This document shows positions 36,457-48,315 of a stretch of DNA of 64,000 nt, piece after piece. The stretch spans positions 66,774,001-66,838,000 of the forward strand of contig CM059428.1 of NCBI GenBank assembly GCA_030390025.1, in the 5' to 3' direction. Every line of letters begins with the position of its first letter. The stretch's first letter is position 1. The notes under the pieces were generated by a model. That model did not search any database. It was not told the origin of the DNA and saw only the letters and a list, made by a program, of their open reading frames with translations. Origin of the DNA: Squalus acanthias (lineage: Eukaryota). The translations under genes were made by a program, and so were the position numbers.

Positions 36457-38177
36457 CAGACCTGATGGCTTACATCCTAGAGTCTTGAAGGAAGTGGCGG
36501 TAGGGATTGTAGATGCATTGGTAATAATTTTTCAAAACTCCCTGGATTCCGCTAAGGTCCCGGCAGACTGGAAAACTGCTAATGTAACACCCTTATTTAA
36601 AAAGGGCAGTAGACAGAAGGCTGGTAACTATAGACCGGTTAGCCTAACATCTGTGGTAGGTAAAATTTTGGAGTCCATTATTAAGGAAACAGTAACAGGA
36701 CATTTGGATAATCATAATTTAATAGGACAAAGTCAGCATGGTTTTACGAAGGGGAAGTCATGTTTGACAAATTTGTTGGAGTTCTTTGAGGAAGTAACAT
36801 ATAGAGTGGATAAAGGGGAACCAGTGGACGTAGTGTATTTAGACTTCCAAAAGGCATTTGACAAGGTGCCACACAAAAGATTATTGCTTAAGGTAAAAAA
36901 TCACGGGATTGGGGGTAATATTCTGGCATGGATAGAGGATTGGCTATCTAACAGAAAACAAAGAGTTGGGATAAATGGTTCATTCTCAGACTGGCAAGCA
37001 GTAACTAGTGGTGTTCCACAGGGGTCAGTGCTGGGTCCCCAACTCTTCACAATCTATATTAACGATTTGGAGGAAGGGACCAAGTGTAACATATCAAAAT
37101 TTGCAGATGATACAAAGATGGGAGGGAAAGTAGTGAGTGAGGAGGACATAAAAAACCTGCAAGGGGACATAGACAGGCTAAGTAAGTGGGCAGAGATTTG
37201 GCAGATGGAATACAACACTGGAAAGTGTGAGGTGATGCACTTTGGCAGGAAAAATCCTAGAGCAATTTATTATCTTAATGGCAAGAAACTGGAGAGTACT
37301 GAAGTGCAAAGGGATCTGGGGGTCCTGGTGCACGAAACTCAAAAGGTTAGTATGCAGGTGCAGCAAGTGATTAAGAAGGCAAATGGAATGTTGGCTTTCA
37401 TTGCTAGGGGGATAGAATATAAAAATAGGGAGGTATTGCTTCAGTTGTACAAGGTATTGGTGAGACCGCACCTGGAATACTGCATACAGTTTTGGTGTCC
37501 TTACTTAAGGAAAGACATCCTTGCTCTCGAGGCAGTGCAAAAAAGGTTCACTCGGTTAATCCCGGGGATGAGGGGGTGGTCATATGAGGAGAGGTTGGGT
37601 AGATTGGGACTCTACTCATTGGAGTTCAGAAGAATGAGAGGCGATCTTATTGAAACATATAAGATTGTGAAGGGGTTGGATCGGGTGGATGCGGGGAGGA
37701 TGTTCCCGATGACGGGTGAGACGAGAACTAGGGGACATAGTCTTAGAGTAAGGGGCTGCTCTTTCAAAACTGAGATGAGGAGGAACTACTTCACTCAGAG
37801 GGTGGTAGGTCCATGGAATATGCTGCCACAAAAAGCTGTAGAAGCTACAACATTAATTAAATTTAAAACAGAAATAGACAGTTTCCTAGAAGTAAAGGGC
37901 ATTAAGGGTTACGGGGAGCGGGCAGGAATTTGGACATGAGTCTAGGTTCGGATCGGTCATGGCCCTGTGGGTAGTGGAGCGGGCCCAGGGACTGTGTAGC
38001 CTGATTCTGCTCCTATTTCGTGTGTGCAATTCTGTTAGATGCAGGAGATGGTTCTGTGATAGATAGTAGATTGGCGGTTAGGATCAGATCAGCCATGATC
38101 TTATTGAATGGCGGAGCAGGCTCGAGGGGCCGATTGGCCTACTCCTGCTCCTATTTCTTATGTTCTTATGTTCTTAT
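36457..38177 (+). mobile_element. Young 5'-truncated CR1 LINE
   Basis: Uninterrupted frame from PDGLHPRVLKE to the stop at 37939, then 3' UTR and (TTCTTATG)n tail. Confidence 0.97.
36459..37939 (+). CDS. CR1 ORF2 reverse transcriptase (partial, no endonuclease, ~490 aa open)
   Basis: [55 protein letters not shown]. The N-terminal ~70 aa of the tracked 563-aa ORF is antisense Harbinger sequence. Confidence 0.9.
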
Positions 38178-38734
38178 CCAAGAACCTTCTGGCTCATTCT
38201 CTGTGCTGCTGCTGAGCCATGTCTTCAAACTCCAATGACAATGTGGTGCTGCTGCATCAAAGCACCTCCCCTTTAAGTAGTGGAGAAAGACTAGGCCAAA
38301 CATTACTGGCCATCAGACTGCACCCAATATTGGCCCACCTGTTGAGCGGTAAGCCAACCAGCAGCGTGTTTAGCACTGAGATCAGCACTCCATTCATGTA
38401 AATGAATTTTGCCTGCTGCCTGCACCACTTTGAACGGGTGCAGCCAAATAGCGCTAGCCCATGACTTCACCCATTTTCGAGCCATATCCAATTTCTAGGC
38501 CATGGTATTTCAAGAGAACCTGAACAAAAATTCACCCCCATCCTGTTTTTTATTTTGTGGATAGGACATACCTAGGCAATCTTCCGCATTGTTGGGTGGA
38601 TGCCAGTTTCATACCTGTACTGTAACAGCTTTGCTCGGGGAGCAGCTCGCTCTGGTGCAGAGGTCTTCAGCACTGCAATTGGGATGCTGTTAGAGGCCAT
38701 ATAGCATATCATAACATATGATAAAGATAGGTCA

Positions 38735-39165
38735 TCAGGATAAACAGGCTGGGGCTCTTTGCTCTTGAAAAGAGAAGCCTGAGCGGTGACCTAATAGAGG
38801 TCTTTAAAATTATGAAAGGTTTTGATAGAGTAGACACAGAGAGAATGTTTCCACTTGTGGGGAAGAGCAAAACTAGAGGCCATCAATATAAGATAGTCAC
38901 AAAGAAATCAAATAGGGAATTCTGAAGAAACTTCTTTACTCAGAGAGTGGTGAGAATGTGGAATTCGCTACCACAGGGAGCAGTTGAGGCGAATAGTATC
39001 GATGCATTGAAGGGGAAGCTAGATAATCATATGAGGGAGAAGGGAATAGAGTGAATAGAGTTAGATGAGGAGGATGGGAGGAGGCTCGCGTGGAGCATAA
39101 ACATCGGCATGGACTGGTTGGGCCGAATGGCCTGTTTTGTGCTGTACATTCTATGTAATTCTATT
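38735..39165 (+). mobile_element. CR1 3' fragment
   Basis: GGTGACCTAATAGAGGTCTTTAAAATTATG...TTCTTTACTCAGAGAGTGGTGAGAATGTGG...GGCCGAATGGCCTGTT...(TTCTATGTAA) tail. Confidence 0.9.
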
Positions 39166-41939
39166 TCTGTCCTCGCTCATTTTGTTCAAAGCTAAATACA
39201 GTAGACCCCATTCTCTAATGCTGTTTGCAGGGGCCGTACAAAAGATGAGTGAAACATGATAATGGGTTTTCTATTAGATAGGAAGCAGTAAACCAAAGGG
39301 GAAGTTTCCTTCTGTTCACTATTTTTAGCCAAATTATAAATGCAAATATTCCAGAACATTTATGATTTAACAACAAATAGCAAACAGTGGAAATCTTCCC
39401 CAAGTCTGTTATTTCAGAAGTTTTAGGGCATCAGCACAGTGGTAAAGTGGAATGCATTATTACAAAGAGTGACAGTTCTGCCTGAATGAGGTAGTCACAA
39501 GTAATATGTATGATATCATAGGTTTCATCATGTTATAGACTGTTGGGGGTAGGGCCAACTGTTATGTGATGCTCATTTATACTAAAAACAGAAGATGCTG
39601 TATGAAGCCAAAATTGAATCTCAGTTTTCTGCTATAAACTGTGTGAATTTTATCACTAGTATGAAACCGCACTCCACAAGGGAGGTCTTATGCTGGTGTT
39701 AATCTGGATGCACGTGAGTGTAAACTAATAATGGATTAATGACTCAATTTCCAATGTATTAATTGATGCAGTCCTATTCTTCCCAATCCACACAGTGGGG
39801 TAGAAATGATTCTGTGCCTGCTTCCGGGCACAGAATTGGTCCTGCGTGAGCAACGCGCATTTGAACAGAGAGTCCCAACGCCGTGCCAAAATTGGGCCTT
39901 GGAACTGACTTACATCTTCAGGGCAAACTGCCAGCACCTTTCATGCCTCCACAGGCAGCTCTCTTCACAAGAAAAATGAAGTTGGAGCCTCTGACAATGA
40001 CCCTCAGGTAAGCTCTGGGAGTGGTTGGGGGGGGGGGGGGGGTGCAGATTAGGCAATGGGGCAACAGTGGAGGCTGTCCATCCTGCCCACCATCTCTCCT
40101 CACCATCGGTGTGCTGATTAATTCAAAATAATTCAGAAAAATAATTCCGGCATATGGCTGCATATTGTATCATTTAATGTGTGAGATTCCGTGTTAAGCC
40201 ATGCATAAAATATAATTTTTGTTTTAGTTCTTGGTGGGAAACTATCCAATAGTGGAAACAAAGTACTTCACTCAGCTTCCCTGTGCAGACACGAATCTTG
40301 ATCCTGGATTGAAACAGCATGATTCAGGATTAAAAAGCATTCTGAATGAGTGAGGAGGTCAAAGCTGTGTCTTTAATTAATTGTATAAACTGAAATAAAT
40401 CCATATTTTACCACTTTGAAGTCAATTTCTCAAAAGGACACATTGCATTTCGCAGTGAAACTAATTTAAACAGAGTAATTACACACTGATGCATTAGGGT
40501 AGCTTTAAATCAGAAGTTAATATGTCTTAAATATAAATTAAAAGAGCTTCATTTTAATGAAGCTAGTCTTCACCTTTTTTTCTCTTTTTACTTTATTCTT
40601 TCTTTGTAACTTGAAGCTCTTGAATGAGGATAAATAACCTTGGCTGTTAGGCTGGTGTCAACCGATAAGGTTAAAAATGACTAAAGCAAGTCAGTGTGAA
40701 CACTGATTTACTGTACAGGAACATCTGGTACAGACTCTCCCTTTGTGAATAAATTATTAACAGAACTCAGTTTGACTGGGACTGGGACTCATTAACTTTG
40801 GAAAGATACTCTCAGACATTCATTATCAGGATTTAAAAGATTAAAAGCTGAAGATTAATTTATTAGCTAATAAATATCTGCAGTAACACATGATTGTCCT
40901 CAGTGCAGTGAGTTGTATCATAAGAAAATTCTAGGTATTGCTACAGATTTATGGGAACAGCAGTGTTTAACAGAAATAGTTCTTAGCTCTTGACAAAAGT
41001 AATACCATACGAATCCGAAAAAAATACATAATTCTTGAATGTAGTTTTAAATAACTAGTTCTTAAGACATTAATTTGGATTTTAAAAATCTTACTTTCTT
41101 AAAAATAATTTATTTTATTATCTTTATACTTTTAACATTCTCGTGAATAATTGTGATATTCTGAAAACGTTGGCCGTTTCCTAGGAATAGGATCAAAACC
41201 AATTCAACCTGAATTAGCCAATTTCTGAATAGCCAGGTTTAGTTTAATGTGGGTCATTTTGGTTTTGCATTGGCCTGTCCCATTTTAAAACAACCCAGGT
41301 GGGGGTGGGGGGGAAACATGCACATAAAATCAACATACTTCTCTGAGTGTGCAGACTGTTGTTTCTTGAGTAGCGGGTGAGCAGCTGACATCTTTGACAA
41401 AAGGGTTACATTTTGGTGGCTTTGCATTACAGTTTTTTTTTCAGATATGGTATTTTTTAATGTATGAGTTTTGCTTCTTGCTTGCCTTTTATTAAAAAGT
41501 GTTAATCCTTGCATCACAGTGTAGAACACAAAGGAATGAATTAAAGAATTAGGTTTTACTGTCACACAAAATCGTTACTGAAAGGGGGAAGAATGAAGGT
41601 GGTGAGTGGAAGAGCGAGAGAGAGAGAGAGAGAGAAATGGTGGTTGGAAAAGACGAGAGAAAAGAGCGTGACTGAGAGACAGAATTATCTGGAGGGAGTG
41701 TTACAAGTGGATTGACTTGCCAATCTTTATTTGTTTTTATAACCATCAGTCTTTCAAGGTAACATTACAGAAAGCTGAAGTATACAGATATGGGTGCTTT
41801 CCCTACCAAGGTATCTCAGTCCTACTCTTGCCTATGGTATCATATGAACATTCTTGCTTTGTAAATTACTGGATGCTAAGCTGAATATTTTGCTTCTGGC
41901 AAAATAAAGCGTGAATGCATTAAACTAACAGAGATTCAA

Positions 41940-44324
41940 GGCCTAGAAATTCGAGTAGGCCCGGAAATGGCCAGTGCCACCGCGGGCCAAGGTTAACGGC
42001 CGCCCGCAAAAACAGCCCAGGCAGCACTGGTATTTTGGTGCTGCCTGCTGATTTAAATGATTACAGCGCAAAACCTACCATGTTATGCGTTGTTTTGAGC
42101 GGTAGTTTCAGCAGGAGACCCAATGTAGCGTGGCCGTAGCGTCCCTGGAGCTAGGCAGAGTTCTCTTAAAGCTAGCCTGTCATTTTAGAAAGCAGTGTCG
42201 ATCCCTTAAAGGGGAACTGCCTTCTAAAATGAAAAAAATAAAAATCATTTAAAAATAAGCTGTCTTTAGCCCTTAGAGATCAACAACTGCCTTCTGAAAA
42301 AAAAACATTAAAATTAATTCCAAAATAGCAGTCTTCAGCTCTTAAAGCTGGACTGCCCTCTGCAAATAAAAAAATAGTAAAACTGCTTCAGCACTAACAC
42401 AAATGTCTCAACAAGCCAGGGAAGGGGCACCCAGGCTCTCGCATGCAGCATTCCAGCTTTGTGCAGGGGGTGAACACTGCAAGACAGATCCTCTACCTAA
42501 AGGGGCCGGGAGGCCCTCCAGAAAGAAGGATGTAGGACCAGATCACCGAGGCCGTCACTGCCAGCAATGTCGCCCCCACCACCTGGCTCCAGTGCCCAAA
42601 GAAGCGTCATGATCTCAGACCACTGGTCAAGGTCAGTGAATGCATCTTCAAAAGCCGTCTCCTACCAACTGTACCACTAGCCTCACACACTGCTCATTGC
42701 ACGACCCCCAACGTCCCCCCCCCCCCATCACTCACCATCAACAATCTCAGCTAAACACGAGAAACACCTCACATTCCTAGCCTCCCCTCACCCACTTGGA
42801 GGTGATGGTGCTGGCCATTCTTGGCAGGGGCATGGCTGAGCCCTTGGTCAGCGGCAGGGCTGAAAGGATACAAGATGCTGGTATCCTCATACGTTATCCT
42901 CCTTCTCACATCCCACTTCCCCCTCATCCCACAATCTCTTCTGATGTACAAACTGCGCATGGTATAAGCATGCATCTCTTGCTTTCCTGCCCTCCCCTCA
43001 CCACAACTCTACCCTTGTGCCTTCCTCCTTTCAGACACCCAAGAAATCCAGCCTGCCCAGCCAGTGGTTGACCAAGAAGAGGGAGAGGAGAGTGAAGAAG
43101 AAGAAGAAACACCGTCACTTGATTTCACACTCCCATCCACCAGCTCCTCGAGGTCGTCCTGCAAGGCCATTTGCAGTGTCCCCCACTAAAAGTCAGCAGC
43201 CTTCCACCAGCCATGCTGCAGCCACTGGGGTAGCACTGTGTGACATCAGTAGATTAGGCAAAGGCACACACAAGACAGTCACTATGGGAATGCTTAAGGG
43301 TGATGAGTTGTTTTCTTGATGTCATATTGGATGGATAGATGTATAAAGTTTGATTGGAAAGTTTGCTTTGTGGTGGCTTTTATTTCAGCATTGTGTCCAA
43401 GAGGACACTGTGATGGTCAATAACAGAGGGAAGGTAAGGTGTGGGACAAATGTTGAAAGGGGAATTGGGGTTGTGGTCACTGGTACCACAGGCGGATGAT
43501 TCCATCCCGGATATCCCGGCCAGAAAGGGGCTGTCTGGGGTCCATCTTTCCTTCTACTTTCTCCTCTTCTGCTTCCTCCTCTTCTGCTTCTTCTTCCTCC
43601 CCCTGTGAGCAGCTTGTCCCCTTTGCTGCCTCTGCTTCATCTCCATGTGCCCCCCAGGACTGTGAGCAAGTGGTCTTTTCAGAGGTCAAATACTACTGAT
43701 GCTGGAAATCTGAAATAAAAGCAGAAAATGCTGGAAATACGCAGCAGGTCAGGCAGCATCTCGACATTTACTCTGTTTCTCTCTCCACGGATGTTGCCTG
43801 ACCTGCTGAGAATTTCCAGCATTTTCTGTCTTCTCAGAGGCCTTCCTTTACCATCTGAAGCCTTGCAAGCATCCAGAAGCACTCCCTGCACTGCCTGCAC
43901 ACTTTAGAAACTTTTAAAATCTACTGCACCAAGCCACTACTTCAATAAAAAAATTTTAAAAGTCCAAAAGCTTAAATCCAAACTTGCCTAAAAGACGTGT
44001 GTGTCCCTTTAAGAAGCGCTGACGGCGCCCCTGCAGGGTTGCTTCACACACACTTTCCTGTGCGTGCTTAGGACCCAACGTAATGGAGAGCAAGAACGTC
44101 CAAATTAGCAGTCGTGGCGTCAAATCAGGTGTTGCACGCCGATCGACGTCACAATCTGCTTCTTTAAATTTGAGAGGCCAGCACTGGCAACGGCAGTGCT
44201 ATGGCCCTTACCAAAATGGTGACCACTGTGTCCCGCACCAGAAGGGGGCGGAAGCGAGGCGGGCGCCATTTTTCCTACAAAACTAGCCTTAACAGTCAGT
44301 GTTAAAGCATTGAATTTTTAGGCC
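41940..44324 (-). mobile_element. Internally deleted Harbinger copy 4 (Myb remnants on +, transposase nearly absent)
   Basis: TIR GGCCTAGAAATTCG / TGAATTTTTAGGCC and TSD CAA. MSQQAREGAPRLSHAA Myb start at 42403; transposase acidic C-tail at 43477-43600 on -. Confidence 0.92.
43688..43827. mobile_element. Penelope-like fold-back remnant
   Basis: CAGAAAATGCTGGAAAT..CAGCAGGTCAGGCAGCATC inverted to GATGTTGCCTGACCTGCTG..ATTTCCAGCATTTTCTG. Flanked by GTCTTTTCAGAGGTC / GTCTTCTCAGAGGCC (13/15). Same family as 53595. Confidence 0.82.
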
Positions 44325-45526
44325 CAAATCTTTGAAAGTTTTGCCAATCAAACTTGGACGGTTCAATAGGAGCTGTAACATTTGATGGGTATTGCTGACG
44401 GGTTATTACTACAAAGAGAGGATCATTCGGTATCTCTGCCAATCACCCTGCCTAGTAAAGGGGACTCAATGGAAGGAAATGTAAATCTAAAAGTAGTGTC
44501 ATTACTAGCACATAGATTTAAGAAAGCTCCACTGAAGAAGGCTGCTTTAACCTTCTGATGACTTCTATATAGGAATGAAAACTCGAGGCCACATTTCTTC
44601 TGTGTGTTAATTTTTCTGAAAATGTGGCATGAGTAGGTAAAAGAATAAGACCTTTAGAAAGTAGTAATGGGCTTTACCTTAGTTTGCACTGTCACTTCGA
44701 GTCTTGTTCCTATCCTAAAATTAGTTTATAGAAATTAGAGGAGGAAAGACTTTTTGCTTGTTAAGGACTAATAAGGTTAGATGCCATGAAATTGAAAGCA
44801 GAAAAACCACCCTGAGATTTGTCAGGTACCTAGACCGCACATGTTTTTAGGGACCAACTGGCCGAACTGTACCACGGCTGCTTCAGAAAAATATCATTTC
44901 AATGTTTGGCGGGACCAAAAGTCTGATGTCAATCAGAACCTGTAAACAATTGAATCCCACGGTTGAATGGCTGATGTGCACTTCTGCTAGTTCCAAGAAC
45001 AATCTGATGTGCTGGCCCCACCCTATTGAGCAGAAATTCTGAGATCAGACTGTAAACCACTTTCAGATCCAACACTGCGTAGAAATATTGGGACCAGACG
45101 AACCCTCCACTCCCCACCCCCACATTGCTTCCCCCTAAACCCAATGGGCAGAAATTTTGAAAATGGACCACAAATCCACATTCAAACCCTCCCCCACACT
45201 GAGCGGAATAATGGGATCAGTCTCTAACCACTCTACTGAATTCATCCCCTCACTATCACTAAGCAGAGACAGCATGATCGTCCCCCAGCACTGAATCCCC
45301 TCCCCCGTGGAGTAGAAGTATCATGAAGTATCGCAGCCCCCCAATGCAGTCCCTTCCCACTGAACAGAGATATCGTAATAACTTCCCCTCTCTCACACTG
45401 GGCCCCATTCTCCCCTCCCTTAGTGAGCACAGATATGTTGAGGGAACCCCCCAACCCCTACGTGGCACCCACCCTTAACTGTGCATAAATATAATGATTG
45501 ACCCCTCACCACTGAGTAGTGCCTAA

Positions 45527-46227
45527 GGGGGGAATTTTAATGTTCTGACTCGCTGGAAAGGGGGGGGGGGGCAAGGTAGCGTGCGGGAAACCCGGAAGTC
45601 CAGGTCTCCCCGTACGCTGCGGCGTGATGTCACAGACAGGTTCCCCACCCAGGAGTCAGCCTGATTGACAGACTGGCTTCCAATCGGGCAGGGAACACTG
45701 GAGAAGAGGCCGCAATCCCAGGTAGGTGCGAGCCCCGACCCCAGGGGGGCTCTGATCCCTGACCCCGGGGGGTCCAATCCCTGACCCCGGCGGTGGGTCT
45801 GTTCCCGGGGGGTTCCGATCCCCGACCCCAGGGGGCGGTCCAATCCCAGGGGGGTGGGGTCGTATGGTGGGGGAGCTTGTGGGCCGGGGGTGGGGGAAGC
45901 ACTCCTGCTCATCCTGTCTCACAGGAGTGCTCCCCGAGGCTGTCCGCACCTCACTGCAGCTGCCAGGATTCCTGAGGCCTGGGAACCCCAGCCGGCCACA
46001 GTTAAACATGCAAAGCAGGTTAAATCCGAGGCTTGCAGTCTCATTATCATATTTAAAGTGCCAACCCGCCTCCTGGGAGTGGGTTGGCTGCCTGTCCCCC
46101 CCACCCCCCCGTCCTGCTGCCATTAAAACAGGAGGTAGGCAGGTTGGGATCGGGATTCAGATTTTTAACACTTTAACCCACTACCTGACCCAAACCCACC
46201 CATGTTTTGGGGTTAAAATTCCTCCCC
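45527..46227. mobile_element. 701-bp Harbinger/Tourist-type MITE
   Basis: TIR GGGGGGAATTTTAA / TTAAAATTCCTCCCC, canonical TAA TSD, GC-rich interior. Confidence 0.9.
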
Positions 46228-47998
46228 TAAGTGTTTGGAGCCAATCAATGTGCCTCCCCCACCACTGAGTATTACTTTGTGATTGGAACACCAACCCCCC
46301 CCCTCCCCACAGTCTTCAAGTAACATCCCCCTCTCACAGTGACTGTTAGTTTGGTGATCAGAGTCCACATATCTCGTCTGAGCACATCTCCCCACTTTCC
46401 ATGATGACCATCACTTAGGTGATTGGAGCTCACAGCTTTCAGCCAAACCATGCGCCCCCCCCCACCCCCCCACACCCCCACCTGCTGAGCATTGTTTTGG
46501 TGACTGTAACCCAGCCTCTCACCTAAGCACATCTCCCCTGCTCCCAGACCTTCCATTGAGCATCACTTAGTTGATTGGAGTCAAACTCCTCATCCTTCTT
46601 TCTCCTTCCTCTTCTCCCTCTCACTTCCATCCCCTTCTCTCTCCCATTCTTCTCCCTCCCTCTCCCCCTCCCTTCTCTCCTTCTTCCCTACCTCCCTTTC
46701 CTGCGTCTCCATCCCCTTCACACCCCTCAGATTTATTTGCAAGTTGAGCAATGCACAGAAGCAGTAAAACACAGCATGTACTGAAAGTACAGTACTTAAA
46801 ACAGTAAAGTTAGAATCAGTACACATGGGATTAAAATGCACTTTGAACATATTTCTTATATAGCTTGGTAATTGGCAAGACCTTTGGATGAAGCTGTCTT
46901 ACAAAGCTTCATGATGTGATATATGTGGATGATGTGAATTTCCAATCCACAGTTCAATCTCCAGACAGAACTAAAACAAAGTAACAAGACCTGTGATTTA
47001 ATGCCATGGGAAACCTTTCAAGTTACAACTATACCTTTTGAAATCAGCTCTCACACCTTGTGAGATAGAGTATTAATGTGTAGGTATTACCATTTTCCCA
47101 CAAATGTCTCACTTTAATGATTCAGCAATCAGAGTAATTAAACTTGTATATTCCATGGTCTGTTGCTCTGCATATATTAACATTTGGTCTCAGCGATCAA
47201 GCAATCTTTTACTTAATTAATTTCAGAACAGACACAAACAAAGAAACTCTATTGAAGTTGGAGATGGATGTCCTCCATTGTCACTGGATGAATGTGCAGC
47301 AAGTTATATGTATTGGTCACCACTGCCACAGAAACAATGAGCTTCACACAGAGATACACCTGACTGAAGCCTAATTTAAAACGGCATTTACCCTGTCTAT
47401 CTCAAGTCATATGAAACATTATTGGCCTAGAAATTGAATTGCGCCGTTCCCGTTTATCAACAACAACAACTTGCATTTATATAGCACCTTTAACATAGTA
47501 AAATGTCCCAAGGCCCTTCACAGGAGCGTTATAATACAAAAGTTGACACAGAGCCATATAAGAAATATTAGGGCAGATGACCAAAAGGCATCCTTGGAGT
47601 GCAGGATGTTGGTCTCTGAAATTGGACCTCAGTGCACCGATAAAGTATGCCGATAAAACAGGCTCAACAAGGTCCAGTTTTATACTTTCCAGTAAGGCAT
47701 TGTAATATTAGGATACAATGGGTAGAATTATGATACAACCATAGAATCATAGAATGATACAACACAGAGGAGGCCTTCGGCCCATCGTGTTCGTGCATGA
47801 TCTTTAGTAGAGCTAACTGACTACGAAATCCCAAATACAGATATGAAATATTGTAACTGACAGCCTACAGTGGCCTAAATGTTTGCAAGGTAAAGAAACT
47901 GAATGCAAATTTATTAAGTTTTGGTATTGTCTGTATACACTATTTTGAGAGCATGTTTGTAGTTACATTAATACAGAATGTGAAAGGCAAAACTTATT

Positions 47999-48172
47999 GG
48001 ACCTGAATTTCTGCAGTTGTACCAATCTTCTGCCTTAACTTCAGCCGGAGCTCAGAAGAACCCTCAGAGAAACAAAGTAAAGAGCAAAAAACGGTTGTTT
48101 AAATATTTCTCCAAGGATTCTACCAAAGTTACAGCAGGAGATTGGGAGAACCCCTTAGGAAATTTGGAGCCA
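47999..48172. mobile_element. MITE family A copy
   Basis: GGACCTGAATTTC...TTAACTTCAG...CCAAAGTTAC...GGAAATTTGGAGCC. Confidence 0.6.
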
Positions 48173-48315
48173 ATATGGGAATTGCTGTCCTTTAACAACT
48201 CAGGATAAAAAGAGCTGTCAGCTCCATTCTTGTTAGGTTTTTCAGATACTGGATTCCAAATGTCACTTGTTACATTTTCAATGTGAATAACATTGGCTTT
48301 GAAAATATGCTATTA

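Larger units (their letters stand above)
34620..38220 (-). pseudogene. Harbinger Myb/SANT-like gene, 3'-deleted and interrupted by a CR1 and a MITE
   Basis: MAQQ...ARRFL (from 38220) rejoins LEALVMAVERR...LWQEI...CRKKFNDL across the CR1. Donor AAG|GTGAGT near 36267; exons 2-3 at ~35084-34620. Confidence 0.82.
32833..38501 (+). mobile_element. PIF/Harbinger copy 3 with both termini intact
   Basis: Perfect 15-bp TIR GGCCTAGAAATTGGA / TCCAATTTCTAGGCC and 3-bp TSD ATG (32830-32832, 38502-38504). Transposase on +, Myb gene on -. Confidence 0.95.
29830..38700 (-). mobile_element. Old Zenon-like LINE split into three pieces (29830-30300, 31981-32710, 38540-38700) by nested insertions
   Basis: All three pieces are collinear with 14920-15980: tail; FSDDS/AFDIKAAFNQLWHQG; TGTGGATAGGACATACCTAGGCAAT. 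Confidence 0.75.

Noticed and set aside
47425-47455. Lone Harbinger TIR GGCCTAGAAATTG
   Set aside because: Only ~30 bp, followed by an L2 tail; no partner TIR found.
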